Source of the DNA: Thermoproteota archaeon
GTDB lineage: Archaea > Thermoproteota > Thermoprotei > Thermofilales > B9-G17
Assembly (NCBI GenBank): GCA_029258885.1
Contig: JAPDJW010000001.1
Coordinates: 32,001 to 96,000, forward strand
Direction of reading: 5' to 3'
Length of the DNA stretch: 64,000 nt
Shown: in pieces, positions 62,972 through 64,000 of the stretch
Numbering within the stretch: position 1 is the first letter of the stretch
Layout of the letters: every line of letters begins with the position of its first letter
The notes under the pieces: generated by a model
What the model saw: only the letters and a program-made list of their open reading frames with translations
What the model was told of the DNA's origin: nothing
The model's database searches: none
Translations under genes and position numbers: made by a program

Positions 62972-64000
62972 TCAGCGATTATTCCTTATCTTCACTACCT
63001 CCTTCTCAAGAATAGTTATACTCTCTGTCAGTTTCATAACATGTTTTTCAAGGGCCTCTAATCTTAGATTAAGTTCTTTCATATCACTCTCTTCTGCTGA
63101 TGTCCTCTTTTTTCTGTCAACGAATCTCAGCTTGTTTTTCGTACTTTCTAGGTACGGTTCTCTTTCTATAGCTTTCGGTATGTATATTTTTCTAAGTTTG
63201 CCGTCCTTCAATACTAATGCTTCTCCTACCCTCAAGTCTAGGGGATTTATATTATAGTTACTAGGCAATCCCATGCTTTCTATTTCCTTTCCGTGAAGTC
63301 GATGCATTACAACTATTCTAGAGTTTTTTATTATACTTTTAGCGGTTTCGCTGGGGAATTGAGATACGGCGATAATTAACTCGCCGAATTTCCTTAGTTC
63401 AGCAAATATTCTTTCACCAATGCTGGGTTGTGAATCCAGTCGTCGATAGGGAATAATGTTCCATGCCTCTTCTATTACAGTAGCATGCAACACCTTATTT
63501 GATATGGGACGTAAATGTGAGGCATAATCGTATAGTAGTTTGAGAAGTATTAAAACGAAGAGTTTCCTCGAGTAGATGCTTCTAAATACGCTCAGATCAA
63601 TCAATACATTCTCTTCAAAGAGTACGTTTACATCATATCCACCGCCAAATGCCTTTCCTGCTCTTCCCTCGCTAAGGCTACTTAGCCTTCTCCTAAGCGC
63701 CATTTTAATTTCATTATCATAAAAACTTCTTATGGGTAACCTCTCTATAACATGAAGCAACTCGCGTATAGTCGGCTCTCCATATTTGTTAAATGCCTCT
63801 GTTAATGCAACTTTTAACATATACTTTTGCGGCTCAGATAGCTTATATACGTCGCCGAAAAGATCCACTAAAAACTCTATGTGCTCCGTTAAGTCACCAT
63901 ATGCCTTATAGAGCGGATTTATAGCAAAGTTCTCACCCGGAATTAAGACCTTAAAGAAATTAGAAACATATGGATAATACTCTCCATGCCAGTCGAGCAC
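62972..64000 (-). CDS. C-terminal part of a HerA/FtsK/VirB4-superfamily ATPase, gene starts beyond the window
   Basis: Walker B VIEEA, ELRKFG, VSQFPS; frame open to the window edge; coiled-coil-like tail. Confidence 0.8.
   Translation of the reverse strand: MLDWHGEYYPYVSNFFKVLIPGENFAINPLYKAYGDLTEHIEFLVDLFGDVYKLSEPQKYMLKVALTEAFNKYGEPTIRELLHVIERLPIRSFYDNEIKMALRRRLSSLSEGRAGKAFGGGYDVNVLFEENVLIDLSVFRSIYSRKLFVLILLKLLYDYASHLRPISNKVLHATVIEEAWNIIPYRRLDSQPSIGERIFAELRKFGELIIAVSQFPSETAKSIIKNSRIVVMHRLHGKEIESMGLPSNYNINPLDLRVGEALVLKDGKLRKIYIPKAIEREPYLESTKNKLRFVDRKKRTSAEESDMKELNLRLEALEKHVMKLTESITILEKEVVKIRNNR

Overview
Core-genome window of an AT-rich, probably hyperthermophilic archaeon of the Thermoproteota. 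Rpo8, SmAP3, PolB1, a tRNA-free 16S-23S spacer, the 16S h24 sequence, a double-intron tRNA and a divergent peptidyl-transferase centre point to Thermoproteales/Thermofilaceae-like relatives (inference, no database search). It contains a 16S-23S rRNA operon with two bulge-helix-bulge (BHB) processing stems, five tRNAs, RNase P RNA, and translation (eIF2 alpha/beta/gamma, eIF5A, S6e, S27e, L44e), replication (PolB1, PCNA, PriL, PriS, GINS), transcription, RNA-modification and metabolic genes. No CRISPR array, transposase or integrase was recognised. The strongest signals missing from the ORF track are two box C/D guide RNAs whose four guides all pair with rRNA in this same window. Other notable observations: a PTC with several substitutions at near-universal positions; a 67-nt hairpin at the ES9 position of 23S; a tandem pair of 7TM plus inactive KaiC-like sensors; a small protein built of two C-x6-C-x18-C-x6-C modules; an Elp3-Trm9-like gene pair; a tRNA(CAU) with a U1-C72 mismatch; and a mirrored nucleotide skew around the rRNA operon.
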